Positions 24,179 to 34,813 of a DNA stretch of 47,153 nt are shown in pieces. A model generated the notes under the pieces. That model did not search any database and was not told where the DNA came from. It saw only the letters and a list, made by a program, of their open reading frames with translations. Source of the stretch: Diploschistes diacapsis (taxonomy: Eukaryota); assembly GCA_023645945.1 (NCBI GenBank), contig JALAIB010000022.1, positions 1-47,153 on the forward strand. The letters run 5' to 3'. Positions within the stretch are counted from its first letter, which is position 1. The number at the start of each line of letters is the position of its first letter. Made by a program: the position numbers and the translations under genes.

Positions 24179-25312
24179 ATGGGCACGCCTGCCGATTATC
24201 TCCCCAGGGAGCTATCTCATGCTACGATCAACGCTCTCATAGAATCTATAGGCCTCCCAAAGCCAAGCCAAATAACCATGCCACACGTACTAGCGCAGTA
24301 TCACTCCATCTATATGCTCTCCTTCCCCAGCGAGGATCTGGTCCTTCGTGTCTCCGGGCCCCACCTACCGAAGATCAAGACCGAGAATGAGGCTGCAATC
24401 ATGGCTTGGGTGTCGAAGAACACTTCCATTCCCGTTCCGCGTGCGGTAGGATATAATTCGTCGACTAAGAACGCTCTGGGCTACGAGTACATTCTTCCTT
24501 CGCGCGCGCCAGGCCATGCTCTCAGCGATGTCTACAAGTCTCTCAACGAGGCACGGATCAGCGCTATCATAGATGAGCTAATCGACATGCTCGCTCAGCT
24601 ACATAGTCATGAGTGGCCGCAAATTGGAGGCCTCAGGTTTGACAAGGCTGGAGGATTCGAGGTGGGACCGGTATTGGAGGAGACTTTCTGGCAGGTACCC
24701 GATATCGTCAAGTACTGGCCTGCTGGCGAGAGCGTTGACACGCTTAACATTGCTGGCCCCTTCCCATCATACGTCGAATACATTACCGCACACGTCCGGA
24801 AATATATCTATCTAATTAAGGTTCATGAATCGCTGGCCTTTATGCGAGATATTATACCTAGGCTCGAGATTTTCTTGAATGCGCTTACAAGAGACGCCGA
24901 TGAGTTGAATCAGGTGAAGTTACGTCTCGCTCACAAAGATCTCCATTTTGCGAACGTGTTGTACGACGTTGATGCCCGCAAAATCACTGCTATCCTCGAT
25001 TGGGAGTTTTCAGGCATCGTCCCATTTACAAGATGGAACCCAACCAGAACTTTCTTGTGGAATGGTCATGATAGTGAGGATGATCTTGCGGAGAAACAAC
25101 GATTGTTCCAGATCTTTCTCGATCGATGCCATGTTGGTAATATCAAGATTCCCGAGGATGCAGCGTTCTCGTCTCCAAAGCAAGAAGACATGCAGTTGGC
25201 AGCCAACTTCTTACGGGCAATCACAGAGGTCACTCCGCGCAGTCAGAAAATAGATGTCGTTGGAGGCTGGAAAGATGCGGTACTGCAACGAATATCGTCC
25301 TTCGGGGCATAG
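24179..25312 (+). CDS. Aminoglycoside phosphotransferase (APH)/protein-kinase-like family protein
   Basis: Intact 377-aa ORF with LVLRVSG, KTENEAAIMAWV..NTSIPVP, the Brenner motif HKDLHFANVL and ILDWEFSG. Confidence 0.88.
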   Translation: MGTPADYLPRELSHATINALIESIGLPKPSQITMPHVLAQYHSIYMLSFPSEDLVLRVSGPHLPKIKTENEAAIMAWVSKNTSIPVPRAVGYNSSTKNALGYEYILPSRAPGHALSDVYKSLNEARISAIIDELIDMLAQLHSHEWPQIGGLRFDKAGGFEVGPVLEETFWQVPDIVKYWPAGESVDTLNIAGPFPSYVEYITAHVRKYIYLIKVHESLAFMRDIIPRLEIFLNALTRDADELNQVKLRLAHKDLHFANVLYDVDARKITAILDWEFSGIVPFTRWNPTRTFLWNGHDSEDDLAEKQRLFQIFLDRCHVGNIKIPEDAAFSSPKQEDMQLAANFLRAITEVTPRSQKIDVVGGWKDAVLQRISSFGA

Positions 25313-25776
25313 ACAGGAGTTTGAGCTATCGAACACGCTTTGGTAAAATAAACAATGATCTGAATGACTTGATACTCCAAGATGCTTTCAGCTTCAAGTA
25401 GCTTATTAATAGAAGTAGGATTAGAGAGCTGGTGGACAAGCGACCCTATCTCCCATGAAATGGTATGGAGATCCGAGATTTTATTGTTAAGGCGAAGTCG
25501 AGCTAAATCAAACTCTCCCCAACCAGATCTTTAGACATCCATCCCAGACAGCTATCATCCAGCTTAAAAAGGAGGTGAGCTGCCCGAGGGGTCTGGTATT
25601 TCCTCTTCCTTCCCATGAAAATAGCCATGTACGCCTCTTCTTCCGGTACTCGCAGCCAGTTTGGGACCTGTTTCGTTTGGCCCACCCCTCGACTTCAATC
25701 TCGCTATTCTCTGGTCGGTCCGAAACCGCATATCAACGATACACTGAACCTCCGGTGAGATGGCTTAAGATACTAA

Positions 25777-25958
25777 GGCCCTGTTTGGTGTTTTGTGTAG
25801 AGCATGTGTAGAGCTCCTGCGTAGACTGTACGAGATCACGTGCCCCTATATGCTCCCACTAAACGCGTTACGTAGAGCTGCCTTTACGTAGATGGTGGCC
25901 GTCATCTATGTAGAGCTGCTCTATCGTAGAGCTGCTCTATGTGCAGCCAAACAGGGCC
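25777..25958. mobile_element. 182-bp MITE-like element with PIF/Harbinger (Tourist)-type terminal inverted repeats
   Basis: Perfect 12-bp TIRs: GGCCCTGTTTGG (25777-25788) and CCAAACAGGGCC (25947-25958). Flanks are TAA on the left and TGA on the right (a near 3-bp TSD). GTAGAGC(TGC) is repeated internally. Confidence 0.7.
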
Positions 25959-25960
25959 TG

Positions 25961-25975
25961 ATATATATATATATA
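25961..25975. repeat. (AT)7A microsatellite, candidate right flank of the element
   Basis: atatatatatatata read directly from the sequence. Confidence 0.85.
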
Positions 25976-27092
25976 CACACGTGTTTGACGTTATGTAAGA
26001 TGAAGACCCTAGTACTGTAGGTCTACTTGGCAGCTACCCCGTGCACTTAGTGAGAGCAACGTAGCCTGCAATCCCAGAAAGCATGAGTCCAACATCAAAG
26101 GCTCCTTCGACAGAGACTTGCTGAATAGAGAATGAAACCAAACATCTGATGTATGTCCCAATCACATACTGATAGACAGAGGAGAAAGTGGTAGGCTAAC
26201 ATGCTATTATAGTCCTTCGCTTCGCTTAGGAATGAGTGACGAAGCGTCTTACAGAAATAACTCCTTCCAACAAGTCAGCATTCTAGCTATGTCTCTAACT
26301 TGTCGTGAAGTATTGCGCATGATGACGGTGAATGCGACATGTCTCGCCTGCGCCTCGGAAGGGCTGAAAGGGCGTGGTGCTGAATGGTTTAGAATGGCCT
26401 TTTCACCGACTTACTCTATAGCTACAACGTGCACGTGGCTTGGAGTAAGTATCCATGCTACTATATTTGTGCTATCACTACGCCGAATATCACCTTTGGA
26501 TACTACCCTTCCTGGCGGGCTGTCTATATCTGCTCTGAGATATAAGGCCCCCACGCATTCAACTTGAAGGTTCGTGCTCCACTCCAGCAAAAATTACTGG
26601 GTTGCATCGGACGACTCGCCTCTTCCCAATCATGAACATCAGTCATCAACCAACAAGACTGGTCTGAAGCTGATGCAGTACCGAGAGCCTCTATGAAGAT
26701 GATACCTCCGTCAGAGAACAAACACCGCCCACTATTGTCTGAGGCCCTCCAGAGATGCTACACAGATCCATCCTGCTTTGGTCCAGCCTCAATCCCTCGC
26801 CGTAGGTATGGGGAACACCATTCCGGCTTGGCACTATTGATGATCATGCTGCGTGTTGTAAATATGGGCATTGTTTTCAGCTCTGAGAACGCCGATGGCT
26901 TGGAGTTGGATTCACGCCTGCTTATCAGCTTCTGGAGACCCTGATTGTCCCTTATAAAGACCGTTGATGTCCCACCGACTCCTTCTGGATCTTCCAGTAC
27001 AGTTTCATTCTATACATTGTTACATCCCACGTTATTTCATATTTCGTACAAAAGTTTCGTTTCCATAGTCCCGTCTTTCTTTTATAACGACC

Positions 27093-28399
27093 ATGAGGTT
27101 CCAGCTCCTAGGTCTTGTTGCCCTGCTGGCCGGGAGCGAAGTTGCTCTGGCCAGCACCAAGCAAACCGTTTACTGCCAGGGCTCAGGGAACTGCGACCCC
27201 AAGGCCGGGCCATCCACCACGATCAAGACGACCATCGCCGCTGCCAAGCGTGATGTCCCATGGCTTCACGCCGCCGTCAAGAGGGATGTCGAGGCAATGG
27301 ACACATTGACCTCGCTGTTCCGAAGGGACCCAGACTTCGAGTTTGCCATGTCCATCCTTGGTATGATCTGCAATTGGAGCCCCGAGATTTTCGAACTGCG
27401 ATATTAATACATCCTACAGCACGTAACGCCGCGGCCGCCGACAAGAGCGTCAGTCAGATTGTTGCCGACATCCATGCCGGTACCGTCGACCCCATCATCG
27501 TCGGGGCCGCCAAGGCCAAGGGTCTTATCAAAGGTACTGTGAAAGGTGTCAGCAAGGCACGTCGTGGCCTTGAGGGCCGAGCCCAGAACGCCGCTGCTGG
27601 CTCCAAGAAAGGCGGCAGCGGTGCGCAGGGTAAAAGCATCGGCGGTAACAAGGGCGAAACCCACTCCGCCGCCGAAATCGCCGAGCATATCACCTCCGGC
27701 GGCCACATTCCCGAGAGCATTAAAAAAGCCCTCGCGGAGTCCCCTCATTACAAAACCAATGAGAAGTCTGCCTTGGGCGGCAAAAAGTCCGGCGGGGAGA
27801 ATGGTGCTTCCAAGACTGGTGGCCCCAAGGGCGCAGCCAAGAAGGAGGGCACCAAGGCTCGCCGCGACGCTGGCTCCCTATTCGATTTCGATTTCGAAGA
27901 CATCTTCGCCCGCGCCGACAAGAAGGAGGTGCACCTGGAAGATATCTCCAAACTCGTCGACAAGGCCCAGGATGACCAGAAGGTGGCCGACGAGATCCTC
28001 AAGGACATCAATGCCAACGATAAGATCAAGTACCACGCCAAGAAGCTCGCCGTCAAGTATGGCGATGCCGAGGAGGATGGTGATGTCAGCCTGGACGACA
28101 TCTCCTCCATCGTCAGCGCCGCCAATGACGACGAGAAAGCCAAGAAGGCCGTCATGAAGTTTTTCAACAAGGACAAAGTGCAAGCCGTCACTTCCAAGCT
28201 GATCAAGGACCACGTCACCAAGGATAACAAGGACAAGAAGGACAAGAAGGACAAGAAAGACAAGAAGGGCAAGCGCGATGCCGAGGCCGACACTGACTTG
28301 GAGGATTTCTACCTCGCGGCTCGCGAGGCGGAGGCTGAGCCGGAGTTCGACTTCGACGAGGGACTCTTCGTCCGCGACTTTGACGAGTACAGCTACTAG
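27093..28399 (+). CDS. Secreted multi-peptide precursor with Kex2 (KR/RR) and Ste13 (EA/DA/EP) type processing sites, 415 aa, 2 exons
   Basis: Exons 27093-27360 and 27420-28399. The intron GTATGA...TACAG joins the two track ORFs in frame. It has a signal peptide MRFQLLGLVALLAGSEVALA, dibasic sites AKR/D, VKR/D, FRR/D, ARR/G, ARR/D and GKR/DAEAD, and AAR/EAEAEPE. Codon bias is strongly GC3, with TATAAA at ~26953. Confidence 0.85.
28220..28270 (+). repeat. In-frame 9-bp tandem repeat encoding (KDK)n
   Basis: aaggataac aaggacaag aaggacaag aaggacaag aaagacaag. Confidence 0.85.
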
Positions 28400-30259
28400 A
28401 TGGCTACTTAGCTACGGCACCGGGCGATGGGATACACGGAGCTGGGCTCTGCATACGGCGCTCTCGGTCGGGTATGATTTTTCTTATGTCTATCTATCTA
28501 TTTAACCGTCTTGCACGATACCAAGGAATTGGGCAAAAGGGGAGTTGTGTGGGGAGGGCCACTGCGGGTATTATTGGTATCTGTAGCACAATAGCATGGC
28601 ATGGTGAAGCTGCAGTGTTTTTTCATTAGCGCGGAAATGGGGATTTTGTACAATAGAGTAAGATACCACCGAGAGAAATTCGTGGACATTGTTGTCCGCA
28701 GCGTTGAATTAACATGGGGCATCAATCGCTTTGCTCCTGTGTTCCTGACGCGCAAATTCATTCTGTTTGCTCGTCCACCTAACCCGGAGCAGCGTCTCGG
28801 CTCAAACTTCGGCTCTCCAAGGAAGTCATCATTATCGGGGGGGCCGTTTCTCTTTTCCTTACCTCGCCTCAGTTCAGCCCCCCTTGTTTTCCAACGTCGC
28901 AGAACTTTGTCGTAGTTTTTTGTCACACCGGTTTTGCTTCGCTCGTTGGGGGGGGGGGGCTGAATGCAACGTTGGTATGACCTTTGGATCTCAGCTCGTA
29001 CCAAGGTTTTCCCCCAACTTGCCAGCTGCTCCAGGGACTGGGCGATTGTGCCTTATTATGACTCCATAAATCCGTAACTGGTGGCTTTGAGTTGAGGGAG
29101 AGGGCGGAGTGGTGAGGGGGCGCGGGGGGCGCCATTCTAATTCTAGTTCTGACTCGTCTTGCTTCTGAATCTTGGCCCCCCCTTTGGCTTTTGGGTTGTT
29201 GGGCATCTTTGTGATCTAGTAATCACCCGATCGAGCCCAGCATACAAGAAGTGAACTGGGGGTGTGCGCCTGAAGGAAGCCTACCATATTCTTTTTTCTT
29301 GGGATCAATGGGATGGAGAGAGATGGGAGGGGTAATAGCCCTGCTGTGTAAGAAGGATTCTAGTATGCTATACGACGACGCTATACGACGACAACGTTAC
29401 GTTTCGGGGATTTGCTGTACAGTATGTATGTTGTTGACCACGTGTAGAAAGCCCCCGATATGATGCAGGTACGACAAGGGGGGGAGGAAAGGGGGCCAGA
29501 CAATGCAGAGAGCAGACCCCCTGAACTTGTTCCTATATCGAGCAGGCCGGTGCGATGATGTGTTTAGAGATGGTTGGAGCTGAACGGTTATAACAAGTGA
29601 AAAATCCCCGAGTTTTATACCAGCTGATTTTGCCGGTAAACTTAGAGCCTTACTTACTGCACCGAATCTCTTTTCTGCGCCGTATGAGCATCTTTTCCCC
29701 ATCCATTAGATATTACCCACTTGTCCACTTGTACAGTTCTCTAGAGAGTGTGTGTATCTAATTTCCCCATCCTCCTTGCACCTATCTCTGCTCACATTCC
29801 GCCGACCTTGTGCTATACGATTGCCAGCCTCCTGCTACACCATAAGACACTATAGCCAGTGAATAAGCCATCGACAACCCTAGATGTCGGGAGCACAACA
29901 TGCACCCACTTTGGGATAAGCAGACCTTGTTTAGCTCAGGGTGTGCTTGGTTCAATTATGTCCAGCAGCCATGGGAAGACGAACCAAGTAGAGTAATTAG
30001 ATATGATTCTTAGCTTTCAACTGCCAGTGCCAGGAGAGAAAATGAGGACCCTTGCCTGATTGTTGGCAGTCTAGTATATGATACACAACAGCCCATAATC
30101 AAGCCATGCTGTCAAAATTTCGAATCCTAGCAAGCATCACTCAGCACATAACCCCACCACCATTCAAACAATTTGGGTATCCATCCAAAGTGTTGTATTT
30201 CCTCCATTTCCCGTCCTTCCGACAAACAATCCTTCACAGATGATGTCCAGATTCAGGAC

Positions 30260-32141
30260 CTAAGCAATTCCATCCATGCCAATATCCTCATTGGCGGCAG
30301 CTGCGGGGGCAGTACCGTTAGTGGCAGGGGCAGCTTCACCGTTAGGCGCAGGACCGCCAGTAAAGTAGTCGGTCATCTCAGCGTCCAGCTGATCGGCCGT
30401 CTTCGGCTTGGGGCGGCCGGCGTTCCGACCACGGCGGACACGACCACGGGCACCGCGAACACCACGACCAGCACCGCGAGTAGAGGCATCAATGGCCTTG
30501 GTAACACCAGCTTGCTTGGGTTGGACCCTAGTAGATTTCCTAATCAAGTTCAGCGTTTGTCGAAGATTTTGGAGCTTTGACAACCTACGAGATACGATCG
30601 CCTATGCTCTTAACAGGCTCAACTGTGCGGGAAGCGTCAACAACAAGCTCTATCTATTACGGGGTCAGTGATTGAGGGGTATCATCGAAGACGATGCATA
30701 CCTTCATAGGACGCCCATCAACAAGAAGGCCGTTGAGCTTGGCGACGGCTTCGTTGGCCATGCCTGGCTTGTTGAAGATGATGGTGGCAATGCCACGGCT
30801 AGCACCATTGGGGCCATATTGGAGCGAGACCTTCTTGGTATTGCCTACAGACTTGCTGAAATATTCCTAGAATGGTAAAGATGGCCCAGGTCAGCGGATA
30901 ATTCTCAATTGAAACATCAGAGACTGAAATGCAATCGTCTATCAGGTGGTCAAAGCTTTGAGGGCGATCCCGAAGCAAAAAGACATTGGCATCAACGTGG
31001 ATATCCTAGGCGAGCACCAGCGAGAGCAGCAGCAGCGGTTAGTGAGTCAGCTGAAAAACCTTCGGCATCCATGCGACAAAGTAAGTTCCTAAAGAATCGC
31101 CAAAAAGCCAAGAATCAACAATTCCTCGTCTCAGGACCATGCTAGACGCATCAAACATCACGAAGTCCTGCCCTCTCGCGAAGAGCCTGGACGCTAAGAG
31201 GCGACATGGACCGACTCAACAGTCATGATATATTGAGAGCCCATCCAGGAACGCAATGCATTCCACAATCTCTCAAAACCCATCTCTTGAAGAAGTTTGA
31301 GAATAACAGCCATAGGGCAACAAATTCGCCGGCGCAGGTTCGCCAAAAGATCCACAATAAAAAATTGTTCCTAGAAATTGTACCCCAGATTGCGAGAATA
31401 GACCGGGCGATAGGACCTCGCCGATGTGGACACGCTGCTGCTGGTTGCATTTCTCGCTGATGCTCTAGGAAGTTGCACGTAGAATGTTTGGCGCCGTCGA
31501 GAAAAAACTGTCTTCACCTGACCAAAGTCAAGCTCAAGTTTCACATCTAAGCTTGCTAAGCGTGCTTGCCAGGCAGCTTGTAACGCAGAGCTAGACAGTG
31601 ACAGAACTTGCTTACAAGCTCAACTTCAACATACTCTGCATCAGGCTAATGAACAAGCGAGCGAAAGTTGCGGGAAGGAGCTGCAGGATGATGCAGTAAC
31701 TCAAGCGAGCATACTAGCAATCCTAATGGAAACCCATCTCTTAAGTGTTGTTCCGCAAGATGTCAAGACAAGAACCTGGCGACCGAGAATGGATAAAGCA
31801 TGGTGATGAAAATCGACGTTGTAGCCTCGTGATTCAACATACCTTAATCATAGGCTCACCGACATCTGGAGGCTAAGAAAAGGTTAATTGATGCTCCGCG
31901 TGCGTGTTACCAATCAACGTACCAAGTTGCTCACAATAATCTTCTGATCACCGCCAGTAACAGATGTAGCTGCGGCGACTTTGACTGCAGCAGCCTTAGA
32001 AGTAGCAGCCCGAGTATTTTTTTGGATTCCTCCGGTGGGTGCGGCTCTGGCGCCAGCACGGCGTCCACGCCCACGCCCGCGTCCAGCAGTGCGGCGGTTT
32101 GAGACGATCTCGTCAAGAGACTGGTCAAGTTTTCCAGACAT
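30260..32141 (-). CDS. YRA1: mRNA export adaptor Yra1/ALYREF (THO4 family, RRM)
   Basis: Exons (minus strand) 32141-31923, 31872-31843, 30866-30702, 30653-30589 and 30527-30260. Motifs: N-box MSGKLDQSLDEI, an RGG region, RRM IIVSNL/PPDVGEPMIK/EYFSKSVG...YGPNGASRGIATIIF...LNGLLVDGRPMK/IELVVDA, and C-box KPKTADQLDAEMTDYF. Confidence 0.93.
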
Positions 32142-32905
32142 GCTGGGTGAAAGGATGAGACTAGCCCTTAGTCGTTGGAGAACAAGTTTATGATATACGC
32201 TTGAATGGACAACAAATTTCCTCAAGTAGCTTCGGAACAGCTGGGTTCAGTAGGCGAACAAGTTTTTGATGGGTACTTCAAAGAGACCTTGAGGTTGAAG
32301 GGAATGTGGCTTTTGGGGATCAGCCTTTGTTTTGATTGGCTTTCAAGTAGAGTATCGATTTTGTGGCAATTATTAATAGTATGATTGAAGGCGCAAGTAA
32401 GTAGAGTGAATTCAAAAAGGTCGACACCGTGTTTGATGGTGTTTGATGGATGAAGTATCGGGATGTAGATGTCGGTGGATAGTTGTTGTAAGGAAAGTAA
32501 ATGAGGAAAGGGAGCGCGATTAAAACTTACCATGACTCAGCCCTGCGCATAACTTAACCTTAATGAATCTACTATATCACGTGACAGGTGATCACAGAGC
32601 AACTCATGTGTTTTCGTTATGACAATATTATTGGTTCACACAGTTGATAAAATGTTCCTGTTCAAAGCTACCCATCTGATCGAGTGTAGACAACGTCCGC
32701 AGATACTGATGTCGAAAGTCTCAGGCCCAATTCCTGTAAATTCGGGGCAGTCTCTGAGAAGGGTAAAATTTCCGATGTAAACTGTGGATGGGGCCTGCTT
32801 GCGAAAGCAATTTCTTCCTCCAAAGAACTTGCCAACGACCCAAGCAAGACGCTATATCCGGAGTTTACCAGGTGGTCAGTAGTCTCTCCACAGTCGTCTG
32901 GTTCT

Positions 32906-33598
32906 TCATAAAGCCTCTCCACGAATATTGAGCATCTGCAGATTCCTAAGAATACTAGGACTATACTCGTTAAGGTTGGCAAAATCGAGCCGACTGTTCT
33001 CAGGTTCGAAGAATCGGCCAGCACCCGATGAAAGACTGGTTTGTTTCCATGAGCGCACCGGTATGTCTTGACTCTCCCATACGGACTGCAGCGCCTCGAC
33101 CGCTGCGACATACTCTTCCTCCCTATCAAAAAAACCATTCCGCTGAAGGAGGGTAATGACCGAGTATATCCACCAGCGGCAACCTCCTCCACCGTCGGAG
33201 AATTGGTATCTGTCATATCCGCTTGTTCGAATGAGATGCACAATGTCCGTAACGGTTTTGGGTTGCTTCATCGAAATATGTGCTGTCTTGATCGTGGCAG
33301 GATCCATGAGGTCCCACTCCTTCTGGAAGAGAATTATGGCCCTTTTCCTGTCATTACCGTATGGAACAGCTTCCAATCGTATTGAGGTGGAGTCTGAAGT
33401 TGGCAAGTATATGACCCAGTCGTTGGTTTGCAGTGTCTTCTCACATGATGACATTGACGATGGTAGGTTGACCGGACTAAAAGCACCAAGAGTCACTCCG
33501 AGGACATTGGAAATAGCGCACTTGCGTTCTGCCTCATCTGGAAGCCATCTTATAGACTTGACTGTTGAGTTAACTGGTCTTGTGAATGCTCTAGACAT
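32906..33598 (-). CDS. Fungal hypothetical protein with a conserved W.IYL ... Y.F..GG.GCRWW motif
   Basis: Long ORF with probable ATG at 33598. Motifs NDWVIYLPTSDSTSIRLEAVP and TVTDIVHLI..SGYDRYQFSDGGGGCRWWIYSVI resemble a widespread uncharacterised fungal family. Confidence 0.7.
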   Translation of the reverse strand: MSRAFTRPVNSTVKSIRWLPDEAERKCAISNVLGVTLGAFSPVNLPSSMSSCEKTLQTNDWVIYLPTSDSTSIRLEAVPYGNDRKRAIILFQKEWDLMDPATIKTAHISMKQPKTVTDIVHLIRTSGYDRYQFSDGGGGCRWWIYSVITLLQRNGFFDREEEYVAAVEALQSVWESQDIPVRSWKQTSLSSGAGRFFEPENSRLDFANLNEYSPSILRNLQMLNIRGEAL

Positions 33599-34083
33599 CT
33601 TAGAGCATACCGACAGCATAGGATTGATGTGAATTATTAGCAAGACCCAAGAAAACCCTTTCAATGTATCAGCACACGACTGTTATGATTCATGGGGGAG
33701 GGAATCAAATTCACGTATGTTAATTTCGACTGTTTACATTTTTCCTTGGTGTTCATTGTCTCATGAGAGATCCGGATCTAGTTCAATTGTTTCGCATGCT
33801 TCTGAATAGTCAATCATACAAAACTGTTGACAAGTAGGTAGTGGAAATGCAAGTTTGTCCAGACTAAAGGTGACTCCCCTTGCATACTGGGCAGGATTCA
33901 TCCAAGTTCAAAACTAGAAGCACGTAATGCTCGGGTATCTGCAACCGGTTGCATCCTTCCTCCACCTTTCAGCGCGTAGTCTAGAATTAGAGCCCACAAC
34001 AGCGCCGAAGTGCTCCAAAACGACCTTTCCCAGCAGGAGTGTAAAAAGTCTCAAACTCTTTATGCGATGTAAAGGCCTCCAGA

Positions 34084-34813
34084 TCAGCTCTTCAAAGCCT
34101 CCAACCTTCCCCTCATCTGCGCAAGTGTAGCTTCTTGATCTTCATCCACGGCCTCTTCTGCGAGCTCAATAGGTTCCGCACCAATCTTGGTTTCCGGAAG
34201 ACCTGGTGTCTTGAGCACCTCGCCAAGTACCTTGTCCACCTCCGTCTCCGCTTCTTCGTCCTCTCCTTCCAGTAGGTCTTCATCCGGCAGCATATCGCCC
34301 ACCATCTCTTCGATAATCCCTGCCTTCACCAGCTCCTGACTGAGCTCCCGCATCCTACCTTGAAGCTCCGGCAGCTTCACCAAGCTATTCACATCCTTCA
34401 TTATCCCTGTACTCGCCTTCAAGCTCCCTTCAATCTTCCGTACAGAGAAGGCTTCGTTGACTTGCATCTGCACACTGTTCAGCTGAGCCTTGCTGGTATT
34501 GAGTCGCGCAGTCTGTTTCCGAATTCGTATCAGCTCGCGCGCGAACGTTCGGGTTTCTGCAGCGGCCTGTTTTGCCTGCGAAGGGTTACGCTGGCCTCGC
34601 TTTGAAGCAGAGAGAATATATTGCCGCGTCTTATTTTCAAGCTGCTTTAAGCGCGTGATATCGCGTTCTAGTGTTCGCGCATTTGATCGTAGCAGCTGGT
34701 TGCATTTGCGGATCTAGGGTGAATTAGACCGGGTCATCGTACAGAACAGAGGCCCAAGGACGGACCTGGGCTGCTGGATCTGGCTTCCAGAAGACAGCCT
34801 TCAGTGACTCCAT
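34084..34813 (-). CDS. VPS24: ESCRT-III subunit Vps24/CHMP3 (Snf7 family)
   Basis: Exons 34813-34766 (MESLKAVFWKPDPAAQ) and 34713-34084 (IRKCNQLLRSNAR...SKAQLNSVQMQVNEAFSVRKIEGS...ELVKAGIIEEM...MRGRLEALKS). Confidence 0.93.

Larger units (their letters stand above)
10363..25960 (+). mobile_element. Putative derelict Starship-like element (about 15.6 kb, internally deleted)
   Basis: A DUF3435 captain remnant is the first gene, starting about 370 bp inside a (TA)9 tract (10345-10362). Cargo-like NRPS and kinase genes follow, and a second (AT)7A tract lies at 25961-25975. The boundaries are inferred. Confidence 0.6.

Noticed and set aside
25790..25945. GTAGAGC repeats as a CRISPR-like array
   Set aside because: The repeats are short and irregularly spaced, the context is eukaryotic, and there are no cas genes.
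27260..27419. N-terminus of the 379-aa track ORF (MASRRRQ...)
   Set aside because: It is an out-of-frame reading of exon 1 plus the intron. The spliced model from 27093 provides a signal peptide.
27404..28293. Several long antisense or alternate-frame ORFs
   Set aside because: They are shadows of the strongly GC3-biased sense gene.
32668..33632. Overlapping 191-aa, 158-aa and 105-aa ORFs
   Set aside because: They are alternate or antisense frames of the 32906-33598 gene, which carries the conserved motif.
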